From positions 9,671-73,670 of the IMG/VR virus record IMGVR_UViG_3300008266_009503: a stretch of 64,000 nt of DNA. One strand, 5' to 3'. This DNA is from a virus. Shown piece after piece: positions 1-10,013 of this stretch. The translations under genes were made by a program, and so were the position numbers. Under the pieces are notes generated by a model, which searched no databases, had not been told where the DNA came from, and saw nothing but the letters and a program-made list of their open reading frames with translations. Every line of letters begins with the position of its first letter. The first letter of the stretch is position 1.

Positions 1-547
1 TTCTCCTAATGTGAATTGCTACTTTTTTCTTACTGTAATTACCTTTACTAAGCCCGAAGCTACTTAAAATCTTGTTTCTATATTTCTTAAAATTATTTAT
101 ATCTAGTATACCGAGATCATACTCTTTATGTAAATACCTTAGTATGAAAAGTATGTTTGCGTCGTAAGTATTTTTTTGAAATAGGTTAAAAAGATCATAC
201 CCCTCTCTAAACTCAAAAGAGCTTATATCCAAGCTATTAACTGTCTCTCCACTATACACAAAAGCTTGATCCCAAAGCTCTGCTCTTTTAAAGTAACCTC
301 TATGGCTAATATCGTCGTAAGGGTACGGATTTGCTAAATCAAAATTACCACGAAGATCTACTCCCTCTACATAATCTTCTCCGATTGGAGGAGGTCCTTG
401 GTAACTAAAAGGAGTATGTACGTAAACTACCGGAAGTCTAAGCTCTTCTCTTAAGTGATAAGTGTAACACAGTACAGAGAGGATTCTCTGCATCCTTGCT
501 CCAAAACCATCTTGCGTTACTCCGCTAGTTACGTATAGAGGTTTCAT
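1..547 (-). CDS. GT11-like (alpha-1,2-fucosyltransferase-type) glycosyltransferase, runs off window edge
   Basis: Not in the ORF track. Read manually: MKPLYVTSGVTQDGFGARMQR...KKVAIHIRR, open to position 1. N-terminal GFG..Q and VAIHIRR match the GT11/GT23 GDP-fucose-binding HxRR motif. Confidence 0.6.
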   Translation of the reverse strand, partial: MKPLYVTSGVTQDGFGARMQRILSVLCYTYHLREELRLPVVYVHTPFSYQGPPPIGEDYVEGVDLRGNFDLANPYPYDDISHRGYFKRAELWDQAFVYSGETVNSLDISSFEFREGYDLFNLFQKNTYDANILFILRYLHKEYDLGILDINNFKKYRNKILSSFGLSKGNYSKKKVAIHIRR

Positions 548-1148
548 TCTCTGTATTAAAAACTTTCATTTGAGTCAAATCTGGCCAATCGCTTATACTC
601 CACTGCCTAGGCTCTGATAGTATTGCTGTTGGGAGTTTATCTAATCCTAGTTGAGCTGTCTCTGGTGTCATGTAATAGTGATAGCCAATAGTGTATATGT
701 TTTGATCTCGCCAAGGAATTTCTGGTAGTCTACCATCGTAAGACATTTTCTTTAAGTTTAGATAGTCGTGCGGCCTACTACAGAGAAGAGCTCCTCCTCT
801 ACCTAAAGATAAGTGTTTCTGATATTGAAAACTAATTCCCATAAACGTATCTGGAATATAGCTATTAGGTTTCCATAATACAGCTGCATCGATTACGTTT
901 TTTGTTAAGTAGTAATAATCTACCCACTCTTCGTCTTTCCAAATCCTTTCAATAGAAAGCTTTTCTGCTAGGAAAGGAATAGAAAGGTAAGTACATTTAG
1001 GTACTGTGATAGATTTTGCTTCTGTCCATCTCAAAGCTAATTCAATACCGTGCGTACAACTATCAACTGCAACTGCATACGGAGCTCCAAAAAAGTCTGC
1101 GATCTTATTTTCAAACTCTGTAATTACGTTAAAGTCCAGTTTTGCCAT
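525..1148 (-). CDS. DegT/DnrJ/EryC1/StrS-family PLP sugar aminotransferase (short form)
   Basis: FE..IA.F.G..YAVAVDSCT.G..LAL, DAA, SFQYQKHL...GG (PLP lysine); 207 aa. Confidence 0.8.
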   Translation of the reverse strand: MAKLDFNVITEFENKIADFFGAPYAVAVDSCTHGIELALRWTEAKSITVPKCTYLSIPFLAEKLSIERIWKDEEWVDYYYLTKNVIDAAVLWKPNSYIPDTFMGISFQYQKHLSLGRGGALLCSRPHDYLNLKKMSYDGRLPEIPWRDQNIYTIGYHYYMTPETAQLGLDKLPTAILSEPRQWSISDWPDLTQMKVFNTENETSIRN

Positions 1149-2037
1149 CTAAGTATGTTTTAATATTATTATAATCATTACACCACTTAGTAGCGTACCT
1201 GCCTTTCAACGGCCTAGAGAACATTGGGTGATAGTGCTTGCTACATCCTTTGAAGAAATAATGATTAGCTTGTGTTAACCTTGTTTTACTAAGGTCTGTT
1301 ACACCTTCTACGTTACATCCACCATGTAACATATTAGCAGCCCATATTAAGGCTTGTCCCTTTTTCAACTTTACTATCTTTTCAGTTGCTTTCTTAGCTT
1401 TTACTAATTCAACTAAGAAATCTTCGTATACTCTATAGTTAGCTGCTTCACCATCTTCGATATCGTCCGGATGCGGTAGATTGAGGTTGTGGTATTCGTA
1501 AACAGGCCATTTATGGCTGCCTGGTACTATTCTTAATGATCCATTCGTTTCGTCAACATCTTCAAAAGCAACCCACACCCCTACCATCCATAAGTGCGGT
1601 ACAGTATGAAAATGAATTGTGTCGCTGTGAAGCGGTTGATTACTGCCTTTGATGAAATTAATTGTTGAAAACGGAAACGGCTCTTCATCGTACAAGTAAC
1701 TAAGCGTATCAACAATACCTGGATGCATTGTTAATTTAGCAATAGCAGCACTCTTTCTCCAATGCTCAAAAATTCTCTTACTTTCTGTGTATTGAAAATG
1801 ATCTGCATGGTACTTAGTTTTCTCATCTTCTAAAGCTACATAAGTATCCTTTACTATTTCTCCTATTTCATCATCTTTCAACTCTAAGTCTACTATGAGG
1901 TATCCATTTTCATGATAGAAAATACAACCCTCTTTCTGCTTTTCTGTTAAATCTGATTGTTCTAGTAGTTCATAAAAGAACGGTGATTCAATCCACGGAA
2001 TGTCTAGTGATCGTTTTGCTGGTTTAAAATTATTCAT
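1129..2037 (-). CDS. PhyH-family Fe(II)/2-oxoglutarate dioxygenase
   Basis: QPLHSD, VWVAFED...NGSL..VPGSH, G..LIW...LHGG motifs. Confidence 0.85.
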   Translation of the reverse strand: MNNFKPAKRSLDIPWIESPFFYELLEQSDLTEKQKEGCIFYHENGYLIVDLELKDDEIGEIVKDTYVALEDEKTKYHADHFQYTESKRIFEHWRKSAAIAKLTMHPGIVDTLSYLYDEEPFPFSTINFIKGSNQPLHSDTIHFHTVPHLWMVGVWVAFEDVDETNGSLRIVPGSHKWPVYEYHNLNLPHPDDIEDGEAANYRVYEDFLVELVKAKKATEKIVKLKKGQALIWAANMLHGGCNVEGVTDLSKTRLTQANHYFFKGCSKHYHPMFSRPLKGRYATKWCNDYNNIKTYLDGKTGL

Positions 2038-2572
2038 AGTTCATAAGTTTTTGTGCGCTTTCTATTATTCTTTTTGAGTCACGAGGCTTTATTGGCTTAG
2101 CTGGACAGCCTGCGTACACCGTCCAAGGTTTAGTATCTTTTGTCACTACTGATCCAGCACCTACTATACAACCTTCTCCTAAAGTTACTCCAGGCAATAC
2201 CGTACAGTTAACTCCCAGTGTTGCATATCTTTTAAAGGTTACCGGTTTGTTTATGACAGTTCTATGTTCTAAAGGTACTACCGGTGATATTAGGCCTTGC
2301 ATAAAGTCGTCTGTAGCACATACAATCCTGCCGCCAGAGCCTATATTAGTAAAGTCCTCCATAGTAAGCAATGCTGGTGCTCCGCCTATGATTGATACGC
2401 TAGGTGCTATATGAATGTAGTTACCCAACACAGCTTGTGTCGATAAATAGACCCACATATCGATTGCTATATGGCTACCTACCTCAACTAATTCCGGACG
2501 AACAATCACAGCTTGGCTGCTTATTCTAACGTCCTCTCCTACTTTTTTATACTTACTATAATCCTCCATCAA
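2030..2572 (-). CDS. Left-handed beta-helix (hexapeptide) acyltransferase
   Basis: Hexapeptide repeats; VLPGVTLGEGCIVGAGSVVTKD...YAGCPAK. Confidence 0.9.
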   Translation of the reverse strand: MMEDYSKYKKVGEDVRISSQAVIVRPELVEVGSHIAIDMWVYLSTQAVLGNYIHIAPSVSIIGGAPALLTMEDFTNIGSGGRIVCATDDFMQGLISPVVPLEHRTVINKPVTFKRYATLGVNCTVLPGVTLGEGCIVGAGSVVTKDTKPWTVYAGCPAKPIKPRDSKRIIESAQKLMNYE

Positions 2573-3200
2573 TTCTTAAATTAATACCACATGCATATTC
2601 ATTATCTACGAGATAATTAACAGTGTTGTTAAGTTCTTCAATACTCCCCCATCTCTTTAATCCTATCTTATCTTTCGCCATATCCTGGTACTCTTGTTCG
2701 ATTCTATAACACATACCTCCATCCCAATACCCTAGCTGTATAGTATTACAGGTTACTCCGTACTTTATATTTTCTCTATTTGCAGAAGACATTAATCTGT
2801 CTACAAAAGCTTTAGAAGCAGAGTACAGCGAATTCTTAGGTACATTTAATTCTGCAAATACAGAGGATATTGCTATCACTCTTCCCCATCTTCTTTCTAC
2901 CATCTGCGGTAAGCAAGAAGCTAACACGTTTATGTTTCCTTTAATATTAACGTCTAGCATACTATCTACCTCTACCGTATCTTCTTCAGTAAGCTTGCTT
3001 AAAAAAACATCGTACTTTTTACCTGACATATTTAATACGATATCTACTTGGTTTTCTTTAAAGAAAGCTTTTGTTTGCTGTAAACTAGTTAAGTCTACTT
3101 CTTTACTGCTAGGAGCTAATACTTCATACCTTTCCTTAAGTAACGGAAGTATCTTAGCTCCAAGACCGCCGCCGCTTCCAAATATAACTAGCTTTTTCAT
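2556..3200 (-). CDS. Short-chain dehydrogenase/reductase, FabG-like
   Basis: GSGGGLG Rossmann loop, YSASK catalytic motif, C-terminal IDGG. Confidence 0.85.
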   Translation of the reverse strand: MKKLVIFGSGGGLGAKILPLLKERYEVLAPSSKEVDLTSLQQTKAFFKENQVDIVLNMSGKKYDVFLSKLTEEDTVEVDSMLDVNIKGNINVLASCLPQMVERRWGRVIAISSVFAELNVPKNSLYSASKAFVDRLMSSANRENIKYGVTCNTIQLGYWDGGMCYRIEQEYQDMAKDKIGLKRWGSIEELNNTVNYLVDNEYACGINLRIDGGL

Positions 3201-3205
3201 AATTC

Positions 3206-4147
3206 CTATTTCTTATAATATAGTAAAATAGACCCCCAGCTCCAACCCGATCCAATAGCTGTAAACATTATTTTATCTCCCTCTACTATTTCCCTACCTT
3301 TAATAGCTTCGTCTAAAGCTATTGGTATAGAAGCACCGGCAATATTAGCGTACTTATGCATAACTGTCTTTACTCTCTCCATAGGTATTGATAGTTCCTG
3401 TGCTATTACCTTAAGGATGTTTATACTCGGCTGGTGTGGAACTAGCATTTTAATTTCATCGATACTAGTCTCTGTTTCTTTAAGTACACTCTTTAATGAT
3501 TCAGGAAGTACTTTAATAGCTTGATTCCATACTTCTTTTCCTCTCATAATAAAAGTTGATGATAACGGTAAATTAAATCCTGTCATCCCTGTACCTCTTC
3601 CATTAGCCTCTAATTTACTATACATCCATCCTTCTTCAGAAGGGCCCATAACAACAGCTCCGGCTCCGTCCCCAAAGAAGACTGCATGCTGATCTTCCCA
3701 ATTAGTTATCTTGGAATAAGCTTCTGTGCTGATTATTAATATGTTTTTATAAGTTTTACTTTCAATTAAAGAAGCTGCTAAAGTCAGAGCATATACAAAT
3801 CCTGAACATACTGCATTAATATCAAATGCTGGTATATTTTTCGATGTATTAAACTTATTATGAATAACACAAGAGGTGGGCGGCGAGATTTGTTCCGGAC
3901 TTGATGTAGCTATTATCATCATATCAATATCCTCTATGTCCATACTAGCATCCTTTAATGCATTTATTGCAGCATTATAACCTAGATTAGAAGGTAGCTC
4001 TTCTTCTACTACTCTTCTTTCTTTGATTCCCAGCTTATCGTATATCCACTCCTCGGTCGTATCTACCTTTTCTGCTACCTGTGTATTAGTAACAATCTTA
4101 GCCGGTAAATAAGAACCTACCCCTTTTAACGTAACTTTATATTTCAT
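3206..4147 (-). CDS. fabH: 3-oxoacyl-ACP synthase III
   Basis: DINAVCSGF (catalytic Cys), FGDGAGA, VPHQ, YANIAGASIP, G.GWSWG. Confidence 0.93.
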   Translation of the reverse strand: MKYKVTLKGVGSYLPAKIVTNTQVAEKVDTTEEWIYDKLGIKERRVVEEELPSNLGYNAAINALKDASMDIEDIDMMIIATSSPEQISPPTSCVIHNKFNTSKNIPAFDINAVCSGFVYALTLAASLIESKTYKNILIISTEAYSKITNWEDQHAVFFGDGAGAVVMGPSEEGWMYSKLEANGRGTGMTGFNLPLSSTFIMRGKEVWNQAIKVLPESLKSVLKETETSIDEIKMLVPHQPSINILKVIAQELSIPMERVKTVMHKYANIAGASIPIALDEAIKGREIVEGDKIMFTAIGSGWSWGSILLYYKK

Positions 4148-4563
4148 TATAAGTCTATGAAAGTTTTATCTAAAGCTTGTCCTTCGTAAGGACCTGTTTT
4201 GTATTCATACACTAGAGTATTATCTTCTAAAATAAAGTAGTTGTGCCCTCCCTGTAAGGTAAAGCTAGCATCTCCAACCTTTAGTACAGGTTCTGCTACG
4301 ATAGTATCGTCTAAGTCATAAAAAATACATCTAACACTTCCCTGTACAACAATCCAACTTTCCTGTGCAATGACATCTCTAGTTCTCTGCTTCCAGATGT
4401 GTTTATGAGGTCTAAAAGTTTTCCCTTCTTCCATGTTGAGAATTGAACACTGTATGAAGTTTTCTTCTGAAACAATATCTTGTCTACCGGAAGTTATATC
4501 TTCTTTGCGCACAATTATATGTAACAGCGTTTCTGGGGATACTTTAGAGTATATTTTTTCCAT
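4147..4563 (-). CDS. Cupin-fold protein (WbuC-like)
   Basis: PHKH...E.W.V.QG...GGH....E.K.GPY metal-binding cupin motifs. Confidence 0.7.
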   Translation of the reverse strand: MEKIYSKVSPETLLHIIVRKEDITSGRQDIVSEENFIQCSILNMEEGKTFRPHKHIWKQRTRDVIAQESWIVVQGSVRCIFYDLDDTIVAEPVLKVGDASFTLQGGHNYFILEDNTLVYEYKTGPYEGQALDKTFIDL

Positions 4564-4564
4564 T

Positions 4565-6028
4565 TTAATTTATATTTAACATAGTAGCAATATGATTAAT
4601 GTCTTCATCGTTTAATTTGGTATTTTCGAAAACTGATTGATACCAGTCAGGAAGATATCTACCTCTTGCGTAAAGATGTGAATACATCGTCGGATGATCT
4701 TTAAGTGTAGTTAATATTCTCACTCCGTCATTTTTAGCATGCTGTGTTTCAAAGTCCCATGGTGATTGGTTTGGCTTTAACAACTGCAAGAAGTAGTCTG
4801 TAGACCATATAGCAGACTGTACGCTACTTCTATAGTCGCATACCTGATTTACATCATGAAACATTCCATTCAATTCTTCGACAGGCGTTAATTCAATATC
4901 ACCTAATAACGCTTTATTTCCGCTACTTAACGATCCTATAAGAAAAGACTTCTTTACTAGCCTGTTCTTTAACATATAGTCAAAAGCAATACGTACTTTG
5001 TTAATATCTGATGGCCTAGTCATTAAGCTTTCATCGCACATATTAATAAAGTGTTGATCTTCGAAAGATTTAAAATAATCAATCAATCCATTAGACCAAG
5101 CTCCCGGTCCGTAGTCTTTTCCGAGACTTACAAACTCCCAGTTATCTTTGAGTTTAAATTTAGGAGGTTGATATCCTAATACAACAAACTGATTCTTACA
5201 AGGCCAGTACTTATCTACTGTATACATTAGAGCTTCTACAAACTGAATATACCCGTCGCATGTAGGTATAAGTATTTTAAGGTCTTCTACATTTTTTACC
5301 TCCCTATACTCTTTAAAGTACGAAACTTCTTTAGCGTAGTTAGATGCAGGATTCATATAGGGCCTAGTAGGGTATCCATGTACAAACTCATCAATAGAAG
5401 ATCCTACATCTATGTATTGGTTGTTCGGGTTTATGTTATACAGTCTGTGAATTATTACTTCCGATACTGGTCCACAGGATATAAAGAAGGTTTTATTCTG
5501 TAGCTGCGAAACGTAATCACCGAGCTGGCTTATATAATCGTCTCCGTATTCTTCCCAGTACTCTATACAGCTGTCAGGGAAAGGAAATATTTCAGCGACA
5601 GTAAAAGGAAAAGACTCTTTCTGAGCTTTTTGATTGCAAACTAAATAAACCTCTTTTTTAAGGTTTTGGTAAAATGCTTTCATCTTCTGATAGTTAGCAT
5701 TTATCCACAAGTTAGCAAAAGTAATATTACTTCGTACTTTTATTTTTCCGTCTAGAAAAGTATTATCTCCAGAAAAATCAGAAGTCGATGATATAGCGTA
5801 GTAGTAATTGTCTTCGGTATGGTCTAACGATTCTAAGAGCTCTGAACCTACTTTGGTTAACCGGCCAGGCGCATGCCACTTGTCTACGTTATAGGCTTGA
5901 CTTCCTACATTAATTGCTTTACCTAACATTAACGCCACCTCTCCATCAGCATATCTTGCATAAGCAAAATTCTTATCCGATAGTATTAAGTCAGTAAAAA
6001 ATTCAAAATCTTTATTAAAATCCTTCAT
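4565..6028 (-). CDS. Two-domain glycosyltransferase-like protein (GT-D/DUF1792-like N-terminus plus GT-A-like C-terminus)
   Basis: ARYADGE and YIDVGS..D in the N half; ILIPTCD, DE, SPWDFE in the C half. Confidence 0.6.
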   Translation of the reverse strand: MKDFNKDFEFFTDLILSDKNFAYARYADGEVALMLGKAINVGSQAYNVDKWHAPGRLTKVGSELLESLDHTEDNYYYAISSTSDFSGDNTFLDGKIKVRSNITFANLWINANYQKMKAFYQNLKKEVYLVCNQKAQKESFPFTVAEIFPFPDSCIEYWEEYGDDYISQLGDYVSQLQNKTFFISCGPVSEVIIHRLYNINPNNQYIDVGSSIDEFVHGYPTRPYMNPASNYAKEVSYFKEYREVKNVEDLKILIPTCDGYIQFVEALMYTVDKYWPCKNQFVVLGYQPPKFKLKDNWEFVSLGKDYGPGAWSNGLIDYFKSFEDQHFINMCDESLMTRPSDINKVRIAFDYMLKNRLVKKSFLIGSLSSGNKALLGDIELTPVEELNGMFHDVNQVCDYRSSVQSAIWSTDYFLQLLKPNQSPWDFETQHAKNDGVRILTTLKDHPTMYSHLYARGRYLPDWYQSVFENTKLNDEDINHIATMLNIN

Positions 6029-7079
6029 TGCGTATGTGAGTTAGTATTTTTATAGCAGCCTTACCGTCTCCGTAAGGACATCTACTGTTAATATAGTAGT
6101 TATTTTTCAGAGAGTCAAATATTTCAGGCAATTCTGTAGGTGTATTACATAAATGTAGATGCCCGGTTTCTAATGCTTCTGGTCGCTCTGTTACTGTTCT
6201 ACAGACAATTACTTTCTTATTAAAAAAGGATCCTTCTTCTTGTAAACCTCCTGAATCGGAAATTACAAGTTTACATTTAACTAACAGGTCTAGTAGGGAG
6301 TTATGATCTAATGGGTCAACTACCTTAACGTGTTTAAGGATATGTTTATACTTCTGTACATTCGGGTTAGGGTGTATAGGGAGGATAAATTCTATATTAG
6401 GATTGTTTAAAGCTATCTCATCAAGCTCTGTAAACCATTCTAACATCATTGAATGATTTTCTCTTCTATGTAATGTTACTAGTACTTTATCTTTATACTC
6501 ACATTTGTTTTGATAGGTAACTAGATTATCTAGTACCGTGTTACCTGTTATGTAAACTCTTCCAGATACTTTTTCCTTAATTAGATTATTAAAAGATAGA
6601 TCTGTTGGTGCAAAGTTTACATCCGCTATTCTAGCTATCATCTGCCTATAGGCTTCTTCCGGGTAAGGATGTTGTAAATTATAGCTCCTAAGCCCGGCTT
6701 CAAGATAAAAAATTTTTAATCGCCTATTAAAAGCAGCTACTGCGCAGGCAAAAGCAGAAGCGGTATCTCCTTGTACTAATACTGAAGTAAATTCTCCTCT
6801 CGGAAACTGTAACAGGCAGTCACTAATAAGCTGATCTAACCTATTTTCATTCTCTTGAATCTTAATTTGATAGTCTACCTCTACGTCTTCTAGTAGGTCT
6901 AGATGTTGACCTGTAAATAGTAGCTTATACTCTACTTTATCCATTATGTGAATAAGAGGTTTAATCTTTAACCATTCGGGTCTAGTCCCAAAACAGAGTA
7001 GTATCATTTTATAGGTTTCTGTTTGTAAATAAAACTTCTTCGTGAAGATCAGATATCCAACTACAGGCCTTATTCGCAC
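6015..7079 (-). CDS. wecB: UDP-N-acetylglucosamine 2-epimerase (likely start near 7007, MILLCFGTRPE)
   Basis: GTRPE, TGQH, VQGDT, EAGLRS, PEE, TLHRRE, SDSGGLQEE, PYGDG. Confidence 0.95.
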   Translation of the reverse strand: MRIRPVVGYLIFTKKFYLQTETYKMILLCFGTRPEWLKIKPLIHIMDKVEYKLLFTGQHLDLLEDVEVDYQIKIQENENRLDQLISDCLLQFPRGEFTSVLVQGDTASAFACAVAAFNRRLKIFYLEAGLRSYNLQHPYPEEAYRQMIARIADVNFAPTDLSFNNLIKEKVSGRVYITGNTVLDNLVTYQNKCEYKDKVLVTLHRRENHSMMLEWFTELDEIALNNPNIEFILPIHPNPNVQKYKHILKHVKVVDPLDHNSLLDLLVKCKLVISDSGGLQEEGSFFNKKVIVCRTVTERPEALETGHLHLCNTPTELPEIFDSLKNNYYINSRCPYGDGKAAIKILTHIRNEGF

Positions 7080-7626
7080 TATGTGTCTGTTCTATATGCT
7101 GCAGTAGTTCTTCATACTTCTCTTTCGGTAACTGACAATGTAATTCAATTCCGATGTAATCTATACTACTAAGATCTTGATTCATTAAAAAATAATATTC
7201 TGATGCTTCACAGTCTACTTTCAAGTAATTAATATGGCCGCCTACACGCTCTAATACAGTCGGTAAAGAAACTGTAGTTACTTCCTCTATTTTACCTTTC
7301 CATCCTTGACTTGTGAGATCTGTTAAGATAGCATTTGAACCAGCATCCATATTAGGATGCGCTACTAACGGTATTTGAATACTATCTTCTCTGTAAACTG
7401 CTTCATTCCATCCAGTTACGTTGCTAAATTCTTTAGTCTTCTCTTCGACAACTTTAAAACAAACACTAAATGGTTCGTAGTAGTGTACTTTCTTAAAAGA
7501 CTGAGCCTGTTCTACGGTAAAAGATCCTACATTAGCTCCAATATCTACACATACGTCTTTAACACAGTCCTCTGGAATTGTATAGCTACCGAGGTTATGT
7601 TCTGGGATTTTAATTTTATCTTTCAT
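7009..7626 (-). CDS. FkbM-family SAM methyltransferase
   Basis: VDIGANVG, YEP, LKVDCE.SE. Confidence 0.85.
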   Translation of the reverse strand: MKDKIKIPEHNLGSYTIPEDCVKDVCVDIGANVGSFTVEQAQSFKKVHYYEPFSVCFKVVEEKTKEFSNVTGWNEAVYREDSIQIPLVAHPNMDAGSNAILTDLTSQGWKGKIEEVTTVSLPTVLERVGGHINYLKVDCEASEYYFLMNQDLSSIDYIGIELHCQLPKEKYEELLQHIEQTHSANKACSWISDLHEEVLFTNRNL

Positions 7627-8386
7627 TTACTAGCCTCCAGCCTTTTTTTCTTTGTTCAACAAAATAATCGTGCATTGCTTGCTTGAAAGGAACTCCTGTT
7701 GCTGTTTGTTTATTACTCTCCCATAATGAGTTTTCATCGGCACCGTAAACAGATCCCTTAGTAGATCCCCACATCTCAATATCGTACTTCGAATGAGGAG
7801 GAACGTACGTTGGAAGATTTCTATACTTCTGTAGTATATAACTAAAGTGCATATCTTCTCCGCATAAATTATACTTAGGGTCTGGTTGCTCTCTCCAGTA
7901 GTCAGATAGCCACTCTTTCCTAAAAAACCAAGAATGTCCTACCAAGTCTACTTGAACTGGTTGTTCGTTGGGATTAACCCATCCGTGACGTTCGTAGTAC
8001 TCGTAGTACGAACATAGCTGATGATTGGCCGGTAACGGTCTTTGATATAGGAGACCTACAGTACCTAGAAGCCCTTCATGAGTTTGCATCGTATTCATGC
8101 AGTTTTCAAGCCACCTTCTACCTGGAATAGTATCGTCATCGAAAATACAAATATACTCATGCTTAGCCATTAAAGCAAAAGCAAACCTTGCCCACACGCC
8201 GAAATTATAATTACAATAAGCTACTGGGACTTCAGTGCCTATCTGATAGTTAATTGGAGAATCATCTCCCGGGTTGTTGTACCAAACTAGTATTTCATCA
8301 GGTTTTACAGTCTGGTTATTCAGAGCTTCTAGCTGTTCATCTAAGTTAGTACCTCTTTTATATCCGTTGAGTATTGCAGTTATCAT
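7616..8386 (-). CDS. GT-A fold glycosyltransferase (GT2/GT64-like)
   Basis: IFDDDTIPG DxD motif; GED motif. Confidence 0.75.
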   Translation of the reverse strand: MITAILNGYKRGTNLDEQLEALNNQTVKPDEILVWYNNPGDDSPINYQIGTEVPVAYCNYNFGVWARFAFALMAKHEYICIFDDDTIPGRRWLENCMNTMQTHEGLLGTVGLLYQRPLPANHQLCSYYEYYERHGWVNPNEQPVQVDLVGHSWFFRKEWLSDYWREQPDPKYNLCGEDMHFSYILQKYRNLPTYVPPHSKYDIEMWGSTKGSVYGADENSLWESNKQTATGVPFKQAMHDYFVEQRKKGWRLVNER

Positions 8387-8388
8387 AG

Positions 8389-9366
8389 CTAAGATATTAT
8401 TAAATTTAATTTCTGTTTAAACGACTTTAAACTATAGTACCTGTTGTAGTTCTGTTTTGCTATATCGCTACAAGAGCTATAAAATTCTGGTTCAGCTACT
8501 AATCTTTTAGCTAACTTTCTTGCTTTGTCTATATCAGCAACATCAACAGCTAAATCTGGATGGCACAATATTTGTGTATCTACCTTTTCATTACCTATAC
8601 AAGGAATTCCAAAGTATGCACAGTTAAGACTAAAAGTACCGGCTGCTACTGTAGGCATTAAATGTACCGCATACCTAAAAGTACTTAATGCTTTCATCCA
8701 GTCAGTCCAGAAAAGTCTAGGTAGTAAGTTTATCATTTGTTCTTCTCCCTCTCTTTTAGCGTGAGAGGTCTGACCCCAGATTGGAACAGAAAATTCTTGG
8801 GCTACTACAAAGCTTTCAAAACCTCCGTACCACCTAGCAAAATTGCCACCAACAAAGACTTTTTCTTCCCGTGTAGGTACTACATCTTCAATAGTGTTAT
8901 GTATTAATAAAGAAGGTAAGACGTGTATAGGTATACTAGGGAACATTCCTCTATAGTAGGATGTATCGCTTTCATTATGAGCAAAAATACCATCACACGT
9001 TGCTAGAAAATTATAAAAGTTTAATTGGTCAGAAAGTTCATAATCATTAAACCACCAATGCGGACCTTCTTGTATGTAGTATATCTTTTTGTTATTTTGC
9101 TTTAAGTGTACGTAGAAGTCAGAGTTTAGTAGTTCTGTAACGGGATTAATTCCGTTAGTTATTTTAGAGGCTTCTGCACTTAGAAATGTTTTACCTTTAG
9201 GAAAGATTATAAATACGTGGTCATACCCTCTTACTTCTACGTAATGATTAATATGTCTATGTTCAGCCTCCAAAGCATGCATCCAAGCAAACTCTGTTCT
9301 CATGTTAAAATGATCAGAAGGTATCTTTCCTTCGAATCCCATCTCTGTTAAGAAAGCTATTCTCAT
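8389..9366 (-). CDS. GT-B fold glycosyltransferase-like protein
   Basis: C-terminal GTFSLNCAYFGIPCIG resembles the GT4 donor-binding region; island context. Confidence 0.6.
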   Translation of the reverse strand: MRIAFLTEMGFEGKIPSDHFNMRTEFAWMHALEAEHRHINHYVEVRGYDHVFIIFPKGKTFLSAEASKITNGINPVTELLNSDFYVHLKQNNKKIYYIQEGPHWWFNDYELSDQLNFYNFLATCDGIFAHNESDTSYYRGMFPSIPIHVLPSLLIHNTIEDVVPTREEKVFVGGNFARWYGGFESFVVAQEFSVPIWGQTSHAKREGEEQMINLLPRLFWTDWMKALSTFRYAVHLMPTVAAGTFSLNCAYFGIPCIGNEKVDTQILCHPDLAVDVADIDKARKLAKRLVAEPEFYSSCSDIAKQNYNRYYSLKSFKQKLNLIIS

Positions 9367-10013
9367 CTCTCAATCTGTTGTAGAGTGTTGTAGTACTTAT
9401 TCTGAGCTTCTTGTCTCATTATATGCTTTGGATGTAAAAGACAGTAGCTTTCTTCGGCAGGCAGTAAAGCGTAGTTGTTATGTCCTGTTAAGACTTCGTG
9501 TACTCTACTAGCCCAATTAATTTTGGGAGAATTCTGCAAGATACGAGTTTGGTAGTCCGGGAAGTTTATCCAACCTTTATCGTCTACTCTCCACCCCCAT
9601 CTCTTGATATGCTCTTCTGTAAGACCTTCTACAGTATTTATCCTCGGTAAAAGAAATAAATCTACTTGAGGATTTTCTTGTAATATCTCCGGCAAAGCTT
9701 TAATAAACTCTTCGTAGAGATACTCATCAGCATCTATCTGAAATATCCAAGCTCTAGTACAATTACTCTTAAGGTTGTTTTTAAATGCTGCAAAATTACC
9801 TTTAAGTGGAAAAGATACGATCTTTACCTGGCTAGCAAACTTGTCTAACACCTGGTATACTTCTAAGGTAGTATTCCCCTGATCACACTGAACTACTATC
9901 TCATCAATATCTCTTTTTTGTTGAGTTAGTTGAGTTAAGAGTCTATCTAACTCTACATGCTCATTACATACAGGGATTGCATAACTTATTCCTACCATGG
10001 CATTATTTATCAA
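9363..10013 (-). CDS. GT2 glycosyltransferase
   Basis: ISYAIPVCNE, WIFQIDADE, PDYQ.R, VHE. Confidence 0.85.
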   Translation of the reverse strand: MINNAMVGISYAIPVCNEHVELDRLLTQLTQQKRDIDEIVVQCDQGNTTLEVYQVLDKFASQVKIVSFPLKGNFAAFKNNLKSNCTRAWIFQIDADEYLYEEFIKALPEILQENPQVDLFLLPRINTVEGLTEEHIKRWGWRVDDKGWINFPDYQTRILQNSPKINWASRVHEVLTGHNNYALLPAEESYCLLHPKHIMRQEAQNKYYNTLQQIER

